Positions 41,893-50,164 of a stretch of 64,000 nt of DNA are shown here, piece by piece. The notes below the pieces were generated by a model that saw only the letters and a program-made list of their open reading frames with translations, was not told the DNA's origin and did no database searches. Origin of the DNA: Thermoproteota archaeon (GTDB lineage: Archaea; Korarchaeota; Korarchaeia; Korarchaeales; Korarchaeaceae); assembly GCA_027492205.1 (NCBI GenBank), contig JAOZFN010000007.1, forward strand, positions 150,045 to 214,044, in the 5' to 3' direction. The position numbers and the translations under genes were made by a program. The stretch's first letter is position 1; each line of letters begins with the position of its first letter.

Positions 41893-43344
41893 TTGTCAGG
41901 GTTATTATCCGACTTCACCCGGCTTCTCGGGATGGATTTGGAGGAGTTCAGCGGATCGCCCTTTGATAGCCTGCTGACGAAGATCCAACGAAGGGCGGCC
42001 AGGGTCGCCGTGCTGGGGCAGGGACACATCGGGCTGCCAATATCCCTGTTGTTGGCCATATCGGGCTTTGAGGTGGTCGGCTACGACGTGAACGAGAGGC
42101 TCGTGGAGAGCCTGAACTCGGGGACCACCCCCTACCCCGGCGAGCCCGACCTCCCCGAACTCCTCCGACAGGGACTCAGTTCTGGGAATTACAGGCCCAC
42201 GGCCGACCCCGACGATATATCCGGGGCTGATGCCTTCATAATCGCCGTTCCGACCCCCAGAATTAACGGGGGGGAGCCAAACCTCGCGTACCTGCTCGAT
42301 GCCGTCGAGACCGTAAAGAGGTCAATCAAGGGAGACGCCGTTGTGATCGTGGAGAGCACGGTCCCCCCGGGTACCACGTCGGGTATCGTGGCCACGTCCC
42401 TTCTCAGAGAAATTCCCCACCGAGTGTTCATAGCCCACTGCCCGGAGAGGGCCATGCCCGGCCAGCTAATCAGAGAACTCACAGAGGCGAGCAGGATTAT
42501 CGGGGGAATCGATGAGGAGTCTGCGCTGCTGGCCAAGGAACTCTACAGCTCATTCAGCCGGGGCGAGATAATCACCACTGACGCGACAACGTCCGAGGTT
42601 GTGAAGCTCGTGGAGAACACGTACAGGGACGTGAACATCGCCCTGGCGAATGAAGTCGCCAGGATATGCTCGGTGTTGAGGGTCAGCGCTAGAGAGGTCA
42701 TAGAACTCGCTAATCTCCATCCGAGAGTCAACCTGTTGAGGCCCGGGATAGGGGCCGGCGGGAGCTGCCTCACGAAGGATCCCCTCTTCCTGGCCAACGC
42801 CTCGACCGAGAGGGGATACCCTCCGGAACTCGTCATCTGCGCGAGGAAGTTGAATGAAGATATGCCGAGGGTCGCGGCCAGGCAGATAATGTCCTTCTTG
42901 GAAGAGACGGGTGGCGTTGAGGGGGCCGTCGTGGCCATCTTGGGCACGGCATATAAGGGCGGGGTGGGGGACGCAAGAGAAAGTCCTGTAAAGGATCTAG
43001 TCTCCGTTCTTAAGTCAGCAGGAGTCCGTGTCCGAGCCTACGACCCCAGATGTGAGGAGTATTTCGGGGCTGAGGTTGCCGGAAGCCCTTATGAGGCTGC
43101 AGAGGGCGCCAGGTGCATCGTTCTGGCCACGGACCACCCCGAGTTCAAGTCTCTAGATCTCGCCAGACTGAGGGCGGCTTGCGCAGAAGGGGGACCAGTA
43201 CTTCTGTACGACGGGAGGCTCATGTTCGAGAGAAAGAGGGTAGAAGAGGTCGGATTCGTGTACTCCGGGGTCGGGGAACCCCTGCTCAGGCCTTCCGAGC
43301 TACTTGAAGCAAGAGTTGGAACGCGTCGAGGATCTTTGGCCTGA
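41893..43344 (+). CDS. Nucleotide-sugar dehydrogenase (second paralog in the window)
   Basis: 483 aa. Contains VAVLGQGHIGLP, STVPPGTT, YRDVNIALANE and GGSCLTKDP. A TATA-like GTTATTATCC at about 41900-41909 suggests that the true start is ATG 41932. Confidence 0.85.
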   Translation: MSGLLSDFTRLLGMDLEEFSGSPFDSLLTKIQRRAARVAVLGQGHIGLPISLLLAISGFEVVGYDVNERLVESLNSGTTPYPGEPDLPELLRQGLSSGNYRPTADPDDISGADAFIIAVPTPRINGGEPNLAYLLDAVETVKRSIKGDAVVIVESTVPPGTTSGIVATSLLREIPHRVFIAHCPERAMPGQLIRELTEASRIIGGIDEESALLAKELYSSFSRGEIITTDATTSEVVKLVENTYRDVNIALANEVARICSVLRVSAREVIELANLHPRVNLLRPGIGAGGSCLTKDPLFLANASTERGYPPELVICARKLNEDMPRVAARQIMSFLEETGGVEGAVVAILGTAYKGGVGDARESPVKDLVSVLKSAGVRVRAYDPRCEEYFGAEVAGSPYEAAEGARCIVLATDHPEFKSLDLARLRAACAEGGPVLLYDGRLMFERKRVEEVGFVYSGVGEPLLRPSELLEARVGTRRGSLA

Positions 43345-44374
43345 CCTTAGCCCCCCTCAATGCGGCCTTGACGGCTGAGTACGCGGCCGGGTGGACGAAA
43401 GCAACGTAGGTCAGGCCCTCCTCCTCCGCCTGGGATGCTATTCCCCTTCCAAGACGCTCGATAACGTCCGGTCTCGCGTTGTAAGTCACCAAATATCCGC
43501 AGGAGGCGCAGATTTTCGAGTAGACCACGGGGACGTTGGCCTCCGATAGGATCTGGAGCATGGCCTCGTTGGCACCTTCGTGCCAGCAGTCTGGCACTAG
43601 AAGCACCCCTCTTGAGAATTTCTTTGAGGCCATCTTCTCATCCACGACATTCGCATCGAAAAGGGATTCGTGAAGGGTCTTTGCACTTAAGCCGGCCTCA
43701 GAGAGTCTAGAAGCCGCTTCAGGGCAGGCGGTAACGATTCTTTCGACTCCCCGCTCCCTAAGAATTTCCGCCAGAGACTCCAGCTCCTCTCTAGCCTCAT
43801 CGAAGTATCCCGCCAGCCTTAGAACCTCCCCGCAGGATGGGCGAGAGTCGGCCAGTGGGGGTACGCTCAGCCATCTCATCGCCAGTTCGGATGCAGCGAC
43901 GGCCGCTTCGGGAGAATTCAGGACCCAGCGGCCCAGGTAAAGGATCGATGATCCGCCCTCCTCTGGTGGACTCCACGCCCCCTCTTGTGCTGCAGGTTCA
44001 AATAGGGGCAGGTTCGTCCTAATTTTTCTGGGAAGGGCGGCGACCTCCAGTGGAGGAACATATCCTAGGTCTATCAGCTCCTTCCTGGTCCTAAGTATGA
44101 GTTCAGAGGGCCTGACGTCGTAGGGGCAGGGTGGATCGCATCTCCCGCAGAGAACAGATATGTACATGTGCTCGATCTTGTCGATGAAGACGGGGATGTC
44201 TCTGAGGGCCAACATTGAGGCCAGGTTGACCCAACCCCTCGGTGAGTACGCCTCGTTAAACTGTAGGGTTCTGTGAACTGGACAGCGGAGGTTGCATTCG
44301 CCACACCTAAGGCAGAATTGGAGCCCCCTAGTGAGGTCTTCGCTGAATAGTGGCTCCTTTTCCTCCGACGACAT
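43286..44374 (-). CDS. GlcF/HdrD-like Fe-S oxidoreductase subunit (two 4Fe-4S motifs plus CCG domains)
   Basis: 362 aa with CLRCGECNLRCP and CGRCDPPCP. The 3' end overlaps the convergent dehydrogenase gene by 59 nt. Confidence 0.8.
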   Translation of the reverse strand: MSSEEKEPLFSEDLTRGLQFCLRCGECNLRCPVHRTLQFNEAYSPRGWVNLASMLALRDIPVFIDKIEHMYISVLCGRCDPPCPYDVRPSELILRTRKELIDLGYVPPLEVAALPRKIRTNLPLFEPAAQEGAWSPPEEGGSSILYLGRWVLNSPEAAVAASELAMRWLSVPPLADSRPSCGEVLRLAGYFDEAREELESLAEILRERGVERIVTACPEAASRLSEAGLSAKTLHESLFDANVVDEKMASKKFSRGVLLVPDCWHEGANEAMLQILSEANVPVVYSKICASCGYLVTYNARPDVIERLGRGIASQAEEEGLTYVAFVHPAAYSAVKAALRGAKVRPKILDAFQLLLQVARKA

Positions 44375-44379
44375 GCCCC

Positions 44380-45732
44380 TTATCCCCCTCTAGCAGGCAC
44401 GATCTTGCCCGGATTCAGGATCCACGCTGGATCAAAGACCTTCTTGAGCAGAGCGAAGGCGGCCGCCGCCTCCGGCCTGTGCTTGGCGAAGGCATGGGCC
44501 ATGGTGCGCCCTATCCCGGTTCCAAATCCCAGAACTCCCCCGTTACCGGCAAACAGCTCGGCCGCGCTCTGAGAAGCTGATACCGCCCTCCCTACAAGTT
44601 TGTCGTCTAGGGGATCGAAGAGGAATCCCACGGTCACCCATCCGAGAGGCACTGAGGATACGGTCAGCGTAGAGACCCTGTACCTTGAGGCGGTTCTGTC
44701 TATCTCGGGGATGATGTCGCGGAGCGTGGATCTGGGGAGCGCCGCGCTCACGAATATCGCAGCCTGCTTGGCTTGCTTGATCGCCCTTATGATCGGCTCG
44801 TTTCTGTCCGGCAGCTGCCCATCAAGCACATCGTGGCTTAACGGTTTGAACTCCTCAAGCACCTCTCGCAGGATCTTTGAGTTGGATTCTATGCACTCGG
44901 GGGTCCCCGTGAAGGTGATCAGGGCTCTAGCGCCCTTCTCCTGCTCTCCCTCCGCGACCTCCAAGACATCCCTATGAAACACGTCCATGGCGGCTGGCCT
45001 CACTCCCCTCGCAGTTAACTCTGAGAGTAGCGCCAGGGCGTCGAGTGAATCGAGTAGATCGAGCGAGTGTGTCACCACCTGAGGCCGCCTCGCCAACCTG
45101 ATGGTCACCCGGGTTATGACGGCCAGGGTGCCCTCCGAACCCAGGATGGAGTCCATCAAGAACCTAGGTCCTCCGGCCTGGTAGCCCCTGAGGTCGATCC
45201 ACTGGCCAGCAGGCGTCACCGCCCTTAAGCCTACGACGAAATTCCTCATGGTCCCGTAGCTCACAGACAGGCTCGATGCGGCGTCCGTGGCCGCGAGTCC
45301 CCCTATCGTCGCGCTGCCACCACCAGCTAGTCCAATAGGGAGAAAGAAATCGCCCCCGAGCTTTTCCTCAAGCTCCTTAACCCTGAGGCCTGGGCCAGCC
45401 TCGACCGTTCCCTCCTCTTCGTCTAGTTCGAACGCCTCATTCAAGCCCGTGAGATCCAGAACCACGCCACCCTCAACCGGAATGGGTCCCCCAACCAGGG
45501 AAGTGGCCGCCCCTCGTGGGGTCACGAAGAACTCATGCTCCGTCGCCGCCTGCAGAACCTCTCCGACCTCCTCCTCCGACGTGGGACGGACGACGGCATC
45601 CGGCATCTGCCTGACGTTAGAAGCGTCGAAGGAGAAGGTGGCAAGCGAGATCTCGTCTGACAGTATCCTATCGTCACCCAGAATCTTACCCAGTATCTTC
45701 ACGAGGTCTTCTGGCATCTTGCAGTCTGTCAA
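44380..45732 (-). CDS. GlcD-like FAD-linked oxidase (glycolate oxidase / D-lactate dehydrogenase family)
   Basis: 450 aa. It has an FAD-binding PCMH-type N-terminal domain (VVRPTSEEEV...TPRGAATSLVGG) and a C-terminal FAD-oxidase domain. It lies 5 nt upstream of the GlcF-like gene. Confidence 0.85.
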   Translation of the reverse strand: MTDCKMPEDLVKILGKILGDDRILSDEISLATFSFDASNVRQMPDAVVRPTSEEEVGEVLQAATEHEFFVTPRGAATSLVGGPIPVEGGVVLDLTGLNEAFELDEEEGTVEAGPGLRVKELEEKLGGDFFLPIGLAGGGSATIGGLAATDAASSLSVSYGTMRNFVVGLRAVTPAGQWIDLRGYQAGGPRFLMDSILGSEGTLAVITRVTIRLARRPQVVTHSLDLLDSLDALALLSELTARGVRPAAMDVFHRDVLEVAEGEQEKGARALITFTGTPECIESNSKILREVLEEFKPLSHDVLDGQLPDRNEPIIRAIKQAKQAAIFVSAALPRSTLRDIIPEIDRTASRYRVSTLTVSSVPLGWVTVGFLFDPLDDKLVGRAVSASQSAAELFAGNGGVLGFGTGIGRTMAHAFAKHRPEAAAAFALLKKVFDPAWILNPGKIVPARGG

Positions 45733-45778
45733 AGTCTCCGGAGAAATGGTTTAAGATTTCGCGCTCAACCCCAACGCG

Positions 45779-46882
45779 ATGCCATACGAGAGTCCTCTAC
45801 TGGAAGCGCATGAGCAATTGGGGGCTGATTTTACGTTATTTGCCGGGTGGAAAATGCCCCTGAGATACACAAGCGCCATCAAGGAAACCCTCGCTGTTAG
45901 AAACTCTGCTGGGATTTTCGACGTCTCCCACATGGGACGACTGAGGATCAGAGGACCGGATGCGGCGAGGTTCCTGAACTACGCCACGTCAAATCAGGTC
46001 GACGCGGAAGTCGGCAGGAGCAGGTATACCCTGACGCTCAACCCGCGGGGTGGGATCAAGGACGACGACATGACCTTCCGTCTGGGGCCTGAGGAGTACA
46101 TCGTCGTGGTGAATGCAGCCAGTAGAGAAAAGATTGTCTCCTGGTTTGAGACGATAGCCTCAGAGCGGGAGTTTAATGTGAGCATAACCGATGAGACGTT
46201 TGAATCCGCGATGCTGGCGGTCCAAGGCCCGCTGGCCAGGGAGCGAGTTCACGAAGTGATTGGAAGGCCCGTCAAGATGAAGAAGTTCAGGAACGCGCTA
46301 ATCCAGGCGTACGGGAACCAAGTGCTCATCAGCCGGACGGGATATACCGGCGAAGACGGGTACGAGGTGATATTTTGGGACGCCTCAGCCGCATCTCGAT
46401 TCCTGAGGGACCTCGTCGAGGCCGGGGTAACTCCCTGCGGCTTGGGCGCTAGGGACATACTCAGGCTTGAGGCCGGCCTCCCACTGTACGGAGCCGATAT
46501 GACCGAGGACACCACGCCCGTGGAGGCAGACCTAATGTTCGCGGTGAGCATGGAGAAGGGAGAGTTCATCGGGAAGCAGGCTGTGGATGAGATCCTTCAG
46601 ACGGGGCCCGCGGAAAGGAGAGTTGGACTGAAGAGCTCCTCGCGAAGGGCGCCGAGGCATGGAGACAGGCTCGTCAAAGACGGTGAGGTCGTGGGCCGGG
46701 TCACGAGCGGCGTGTACAGCCCCACCGTGGGAGTCGGCGTGGCAATGGGATACGTGAGATCGGACCTAGCGAGTCCCGGCGTTTATCTATTGGCGGAGGG
46801 CGTTGGAAAAATAGAGGTGCAGGTTGTGGACATGCCTTTCTACGACACGACGAGATATGGGTGGAGGAGGAAAAGAGAGTAG
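45779..46882 (+). CDS. gcvT: Glycine cleavage system T protein (aminomethyltransferase)
   Basis: 367 aa. Contains PLLEAHEQLGADFTLFAGWKMPLRY, VRNSAGIFDVSHMG and RTGYTGEDGYE. A TATA-like GGTTTAAGATTT lies about 25 nt upstream. Confidence 0.9.
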   Translation: MPYESPLLEAHEQLGADFTLFAGWKMPLRYTSAIKETLAVRNSAGIFDVSHMGRLRIRGPDAARFLNYATSNQVDAEVGRSRYTLTLNPRGGIKDDDMTFRLGPEEYIVVVNAASREKIVSWFETIASEREFNVSITDETFESAMLAVQGPLARERVHEVIGRPVKMKKFRNALIQAYGNQVLISRTGYTGEDGYEVIFWDASAASRFLRDLVEAGVTPCGLGARDILRLEAGLPLYGADMTEDTTPVEADLMFAVSMEKGEFIGKQAVDEILQTGPAERRVGLKSSSRRAPRHGDRLVKDGEVVGRVTSGVYSPTVGVGVAMGYVRSDLASPGVYLLAEGVGKIEVQVVDMPFYDTTRYGWRRKRE

Positions 46883-46888
46883 CAGGGG

Positions 46889-47248
46889 CTACTCTTCCCT
46901 CTTCCCGCCCCTGACTACACCCAGTACCACATGGCTCACGGTCTTGGCCAGTCTCCTCGTCTCAGCGATCTTTACGACATCCCCCTCCTTAACATCGATG
47001 CACGGTGGCAGGTGCGCGTGGATCTTGCTCCTCCTTCTCTCGTACCTCTTGAACTTCGGCACGTAGTGGAGGTAGCTTATTTGAACAGTGACCGTCCGAG
47101 TCATCTTCGTCGAAACGACCTCTCCGACTAGGGTCTTTCCCCTGATTGATATCGTGCCGTGCCAGGGGCACTTGTCGTCGTCGCACTCCCTTTCGGGCGG
47201 TATCACATCGGAGACCAGATAGTCAGGAAGGGACCTAACCCTGCTCAT
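46889..47248 (-). CDS. rps17: Ribosomal protein uS17
   Basis: 119 aa. GEVVSTKMTRTVTV...KFKRYERRRSKIHAH...GDVVKIAETRRLAKT is typical of archaeal S17. Confidence 0.9.
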   Translation of the reverse strand: MSRVRSLPDYLVSDVIPPERECDDDKCPWHGTISIRGKTLVGEVVSTKMTRTVTVQISYLHYVPKFKRYERRRSKIHAHLPPCIDVKEGDVVKIAETRRLAKTVSHVVLGVVRGGKREE

Positions 47249-47553
47249 ATCCTCTTCACCCTCTCCTCCGGTCTTCCTACAATCTTATCGCCAAGAACCC
47301 TGACGCGCCTGCCGGATGGCAGGGTAAACAAAAACACTCTGTGAGACTTAGGTATCAGGCGGCGTCCTCTGTGGGTCTCCAGCACGAGTAGGTGGTGGGT
47401 TTCATCTACCACGACCCCCGAGAGCCCGACCTGATCCGGATCCGGGGAGGACTCCACCTCAACTTTTAGCCCAATCAGCTCGTGGTATATCAGGTCAGAT
47501 GGCTTCCTCGGAATTTTGACACGACGATAGAACTCCTCAAAGGCGTTTATCAA
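47245..47553 (-). CDS. rnp1: RNase P protein component 1 (Rpp29/Pop4)
   Basis: 102 aa. LIGLKVEVESS...GLSGVVVDETHHLLVLET...IPKSH matches the Rpp29 Sm-like fold sequence. It has 4-nt overlaps with both neighbours. Confidence 0.85.
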   Translation of the reverse strand: MINAFEEFYRRVKIPRKPSDLIYHELIGLKVEVESSPDPDQVGLSGVVVDETHHLLVLETHRGRRLIPKSHRVFLFTLPSGRRVRVLGDKIVGRPEERVKRI

Positions 47554-47768
47554 GCCATGAACCCCCTCTCTCGCATTACGGTGAGCACTCGGGCGATCTG
47601 CCTGCGCACCAGCTTGAACTTGTGCACCTGCTCAGGAGGCGCGCCTGCGGCCAGCTTGGCCTGCAGATCGAAGTACTCCCGCCGCAGTTCACTGAGCCTA
47701 TTCCTCAGCTCCTCCTCCGACAGCGTCCTCAGCTCCTCCAGAGTCTCGTTCCTCAACGGCAGATTCAC
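47550..47768 (-). CDS. rpl29: Ribosomal protein uL29
   Basis: 72 aa. LRNETLEELRTLSEEELRNRLSELRREYFDLQAK is present. GTG start, with GGGGGUGA SD-like sequence upstream. Confidence 0.9.
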   Translation of the reverse strand: MNLPLRNETLEELRTLSEEELRNRLSELRREYFDLQAKLAAGAPPEQVHKFKLVRRQIARVLTVMRERGFMA

Positions 47769-48546
47769 TCACCCCCTCAACCACACTCTCTTCGGCTTCG
47801 AGAGACCCTTCTTCGGCCTCCTCACCCGGGGTGTCGGAAGTCCCTTCCAGGAGTTCGGGCGGGATCTCCTCGCCCTCCCCGCCCTCGCCAGGTGCCTCAC
47901 CTGAGAACTCCGCGAGGACCTCCTCCACCCTCTCAGGAATCACGATTATCTGATCTGGCATTGTGGACTCGTCCACCGGCTTGACAATTCTGACGCGGAT
48001 CCCCAGCATGCCTTGAGGGAGCATAACGTGCCTGACCGCGTAATCCACGTAGCTCGTCGGCTCCTCACCGCAGCGGTAGATGACGCCCGCCCTAAATCTC
48101 TCCTCTCGGGCCCTCTGGCCGGTGAACTTCCCGGCTATCCTTATCTCAACGCCCTTGGCTCCCGAGGCCATCACCCTTCGGAGGGCGGCGAAGGCAGCCC
48201 TCTTGTGCCGCTCTCCCCTCATTATTCTCCTCGCAATGTAGTTCGCGACTATGCTGGCACTTAGGAAGGGCTGCTCAACCTTCTCCACCCTCAAGTACGG
48301 GTTCTGGAACCCAAACTCTCTCTTGAGAATCTCAGTGAGCCTCTTGGCTATCCTGCCGCCCCTCCCGATGACAAGTCCCGGCCTCTCCACGTAAAGCGTC
48401 ACCACATCCCTGACCGGCGTCGTGACCACCTTGGCTCCGTGGAACCCCGCCCTATCGAGTTCTCCCAGAAGGAACTCGTAGACTCTGGCCTTGATCAGGC
48501 CCTCTTCAATAATCTTCTTGTAAGTTGGGCTTGCCTTGGCGCTCAA
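47698..48546 (-). CDS. rps3: Ribosomal protein uS3 with a long acidic C-terminal tail
   Basis: 282 aa. KH-domain and S3-C core segments (GRIAKRLTEILKREFGF, AGKFTGQRAREE) are present. The last roughly 70 aa are E/G-rich, and the final 71 nt overlap rpl29. Confidence 0.9.
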   Translation of the reverse strand: MSAKASPTYKKIIEEGLIKARVYEFLLGELDRAGFHGAKVVTTPVRDVVTLYVERPGLVIGRGGRIAKRLTEILKREFGFQNPYLRVEKVEQPFLSASIVANYIARRIMRGERHKRAAFAALRRVMASGAKGVEIRIAGKFTGQRAREERFRAGVIYRCGEEPTSYVDYAVRHVMLPQGMLGIRVRIVKPVDESTMPDQIIVIPERVEEVLAEFSGEAPGEGGEGEEIPPELLEGTSDTPGEEAEEGSLEAEESVVEGVSESAVEERDSGGAEDAVGGGAEE

Positions 48547-48553
48547 GCCACGA

Positions 48554-49018
48554 TCACCCCCGCTCCTCCAGGACCACCTCTAGGTGGACCAGCTGCTCTA
48601 CCTTGGGAGTGGCCCTCCCGAAGGCCCTCGGGAAGAATCTCCTGAGCTTCGGCCCCTGCTGGGCTGCTATGTGCCTAATGAACAGCCTCTCCGTGTCGAG
48701 CCCCTTCTGCTCGGCATTGGCCTCCGCGCTCTTGAGAAGCTTCATCGCCAGCTTGGCGGCCTTCACCGGAAACCTGCCAGCCTTCCAGCCCTGGAGCTGC
48801 CGCCGGTGGCCCACGCCCTTCTTGTACCTCTTGAAGGGAACGGGCCTCCTGAGGGAGATCACGTCCTCCAGTATCCTGCGAGCGTCTTCGAGAGATTTAC
48901 CCCTGAGCTCACGAACGAGCTCAACCATCTCCTTGAAGGAGACTCTGAGGTCCCTGGCAGAGGCCTTCACTTGGTTTTCAGCTAGCTCCTGAGCGTAAGA
49001 GTATCCAAAGTTCGGCAC
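48554..49018 (-). CDS. rpl22: Ribosomal protein uL22
   Basis: 154 aa. ASARDLRVSFKEMVELVRELRGKSLEDA and FPRAFGRATP are present. GTG start, with GAGGUGG SD-like sequence upstream. Confidence 0.9.
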   Translation of the reverse strand: MPNFGYSYAQELAENQVKASARDLRVSFKEMVELVRELRGKSLEDARRILEDVISLRRPVPFKRYKKGVGHRRQLQGWKAGRFPVKAAKLAMKLLKSAEANAEQKGLDTERLFIRHIAAQQGPKLRRFFPRAFGRATPKVEQLVHLEVVLEERG

Positions 49019-49061
49019 TGAGCCACCACCTCTAGCTTTCGCCCAGACCGAGTTGGTGAGG

Positions 49062-49070
49062 TTATTTAAA
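49062..49070 (-). promoter_or_regulatory. TATA box (TTTAAATAA on the minus strand) upstream of rpl22
   Basis: It is centred about 48 nt upstream of GTG 49018, which indicates that the five-gene ribosomal block has its own promoter. Confidence 0.45.
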
Positions 49071-49086
49071 CATGGTTCGGAGAGTC

Positions 49087-50112
49087 CTACTGAGGTCTTC
49101 TTTTCTCCCTCTTCAACAGCGCGTACACCAGGACGACCGTCCCCGCTAGGGGAGGGACGAGCGGGAGTATCACGGCGCCGGCACCTGTTAAACCAGTTCC
49201 ACTGGTCTTCAGCTTACCGAGATCTACCCTAATTCCCTCTGGATTGTCGACGGCGCTGAGTTCCCAAACGACCGAGTTCATGTCCAGCTTAAAGGGGTTT
49301 GGATCGGCGCCGACTATAGACTGGTCGGGAACTTCCTCCCTGAATATGAGCGTGTAGGCCGCTCCCCTCGGGAGGGCCGTTGTGATGGGGTCCAAGTACA
49401 CCGAGGTGACGCCCCCCTCCCTCTTGAGGGGGTAGGGCGATTCGAAAGATACCGTCTTCCCGCTGATCTCATAGGCCAGGTCTCCAACCCAGTCAGGCTT
49501 CACTGGGGGTTGGGGAGACTGTAGAACGAAGTGGATCCTGTACTCCTCCAAAAATGGCGTCTCGCTCCTCACCGGAGCCTCTACCGTGAATCCCCTGCCG
49601 GTTAGGTTCTTGCCCGTCACGGGGTTCGTGAAGTTGACTATTAGGTCGGTTCTCACGGTGGGCCTTGGGATCATGAGAAAGCCCTCTCCGAACAGCGTCT
49701 TCATCAGCTCCTGGAGCGCGAGGTACGGAGACCCCATGGACTGAAGAGAGTTCCATAGCCTGATCGCCAAGTCCGGGTTGGCACCCTCGGGTAGGTTCGG
49801 AGTTATGTAGAGTCGGTAGGTCCCCCCGAGCGCGTCTCCTGACCTCTTCAGCTCAACGTACCCCTCATACCTTATGCCCATCGCCAGAGGGATCCCTCTC
49901 CTGGTGTAGCTGCTGAATTCTATCGTCGAGAAGGGTCTGTGAACGTACCCCGAGAAGTTGACGCTGAAGTCCGGATTGAGCGTGATCGTCACGACGGACT
50001 CGTCTGGGAACGGAGCTTCTATCCCCACTGGTGGAACCGAATTGGCAAGCGGGGTCGACACCACCATCATGGCAATCAGCGACGTGACCGTGATCCTGGC
50101 GATCCTGTTCAT
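49087..50112 (-). CDS. Hypothetical secreted protein with a C-terminal membrane anchor
   Basis: 341 aa. It has an N-terminal signal-like helix (ITVTSLIAMMVVSTPLANS), a beta-rich body and a C-terminal TM followed by a basic tail (VLVYALLKREKRRPQ). Confidence 0.6.
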   Translation of the reverse strand: MNRIARITVTSLIAMMVVSTPLANSVPPVGIEAPFPDESVVTITLNPDFSVNFSGYVHRPFSTIEFSSYTRRGIPLAMGIRYEGYVELKRSGDALGGTYRLYITPNLPEGANPDLAIRLWNSLQSMGSPYLALQELMKTLFGEGFLMIPRPTVRTDLIVNFTNPVTGKNLTGRGFTVEAPVRSETPFLEEYRIHFVLQSPQPPVKPDWVGDLAYEISGKTVSFESPYPLKREGGVTSVYLDPITTALPRGAAYTLIFREEVPDQSIVGADPNPFKLDMNSVVWELSAVDNPEGIRVDLGKLKTSGTGLTGAGAVILPLVPPLAGTVVLVYALLKREKRRPQ

Positions 50113-50153
50113 TCTCCTTGACCTCCTTCAGGATCGGGGCTCACGACGGCAGG

Positions 50154-50162
50154 TTATATAAA
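50154..50162. promoter_or_regulatory. TATA element TTATATAAA between the divergent surface-protein gene and PolB1
   Basis: It lies about 46 nt upstream of the minus-strand ATG (50112) but only 3 nt from the ORF-track PolB1 ATG (50165). Confidence 0.5.
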
Positions 50163-50164
50163 TC

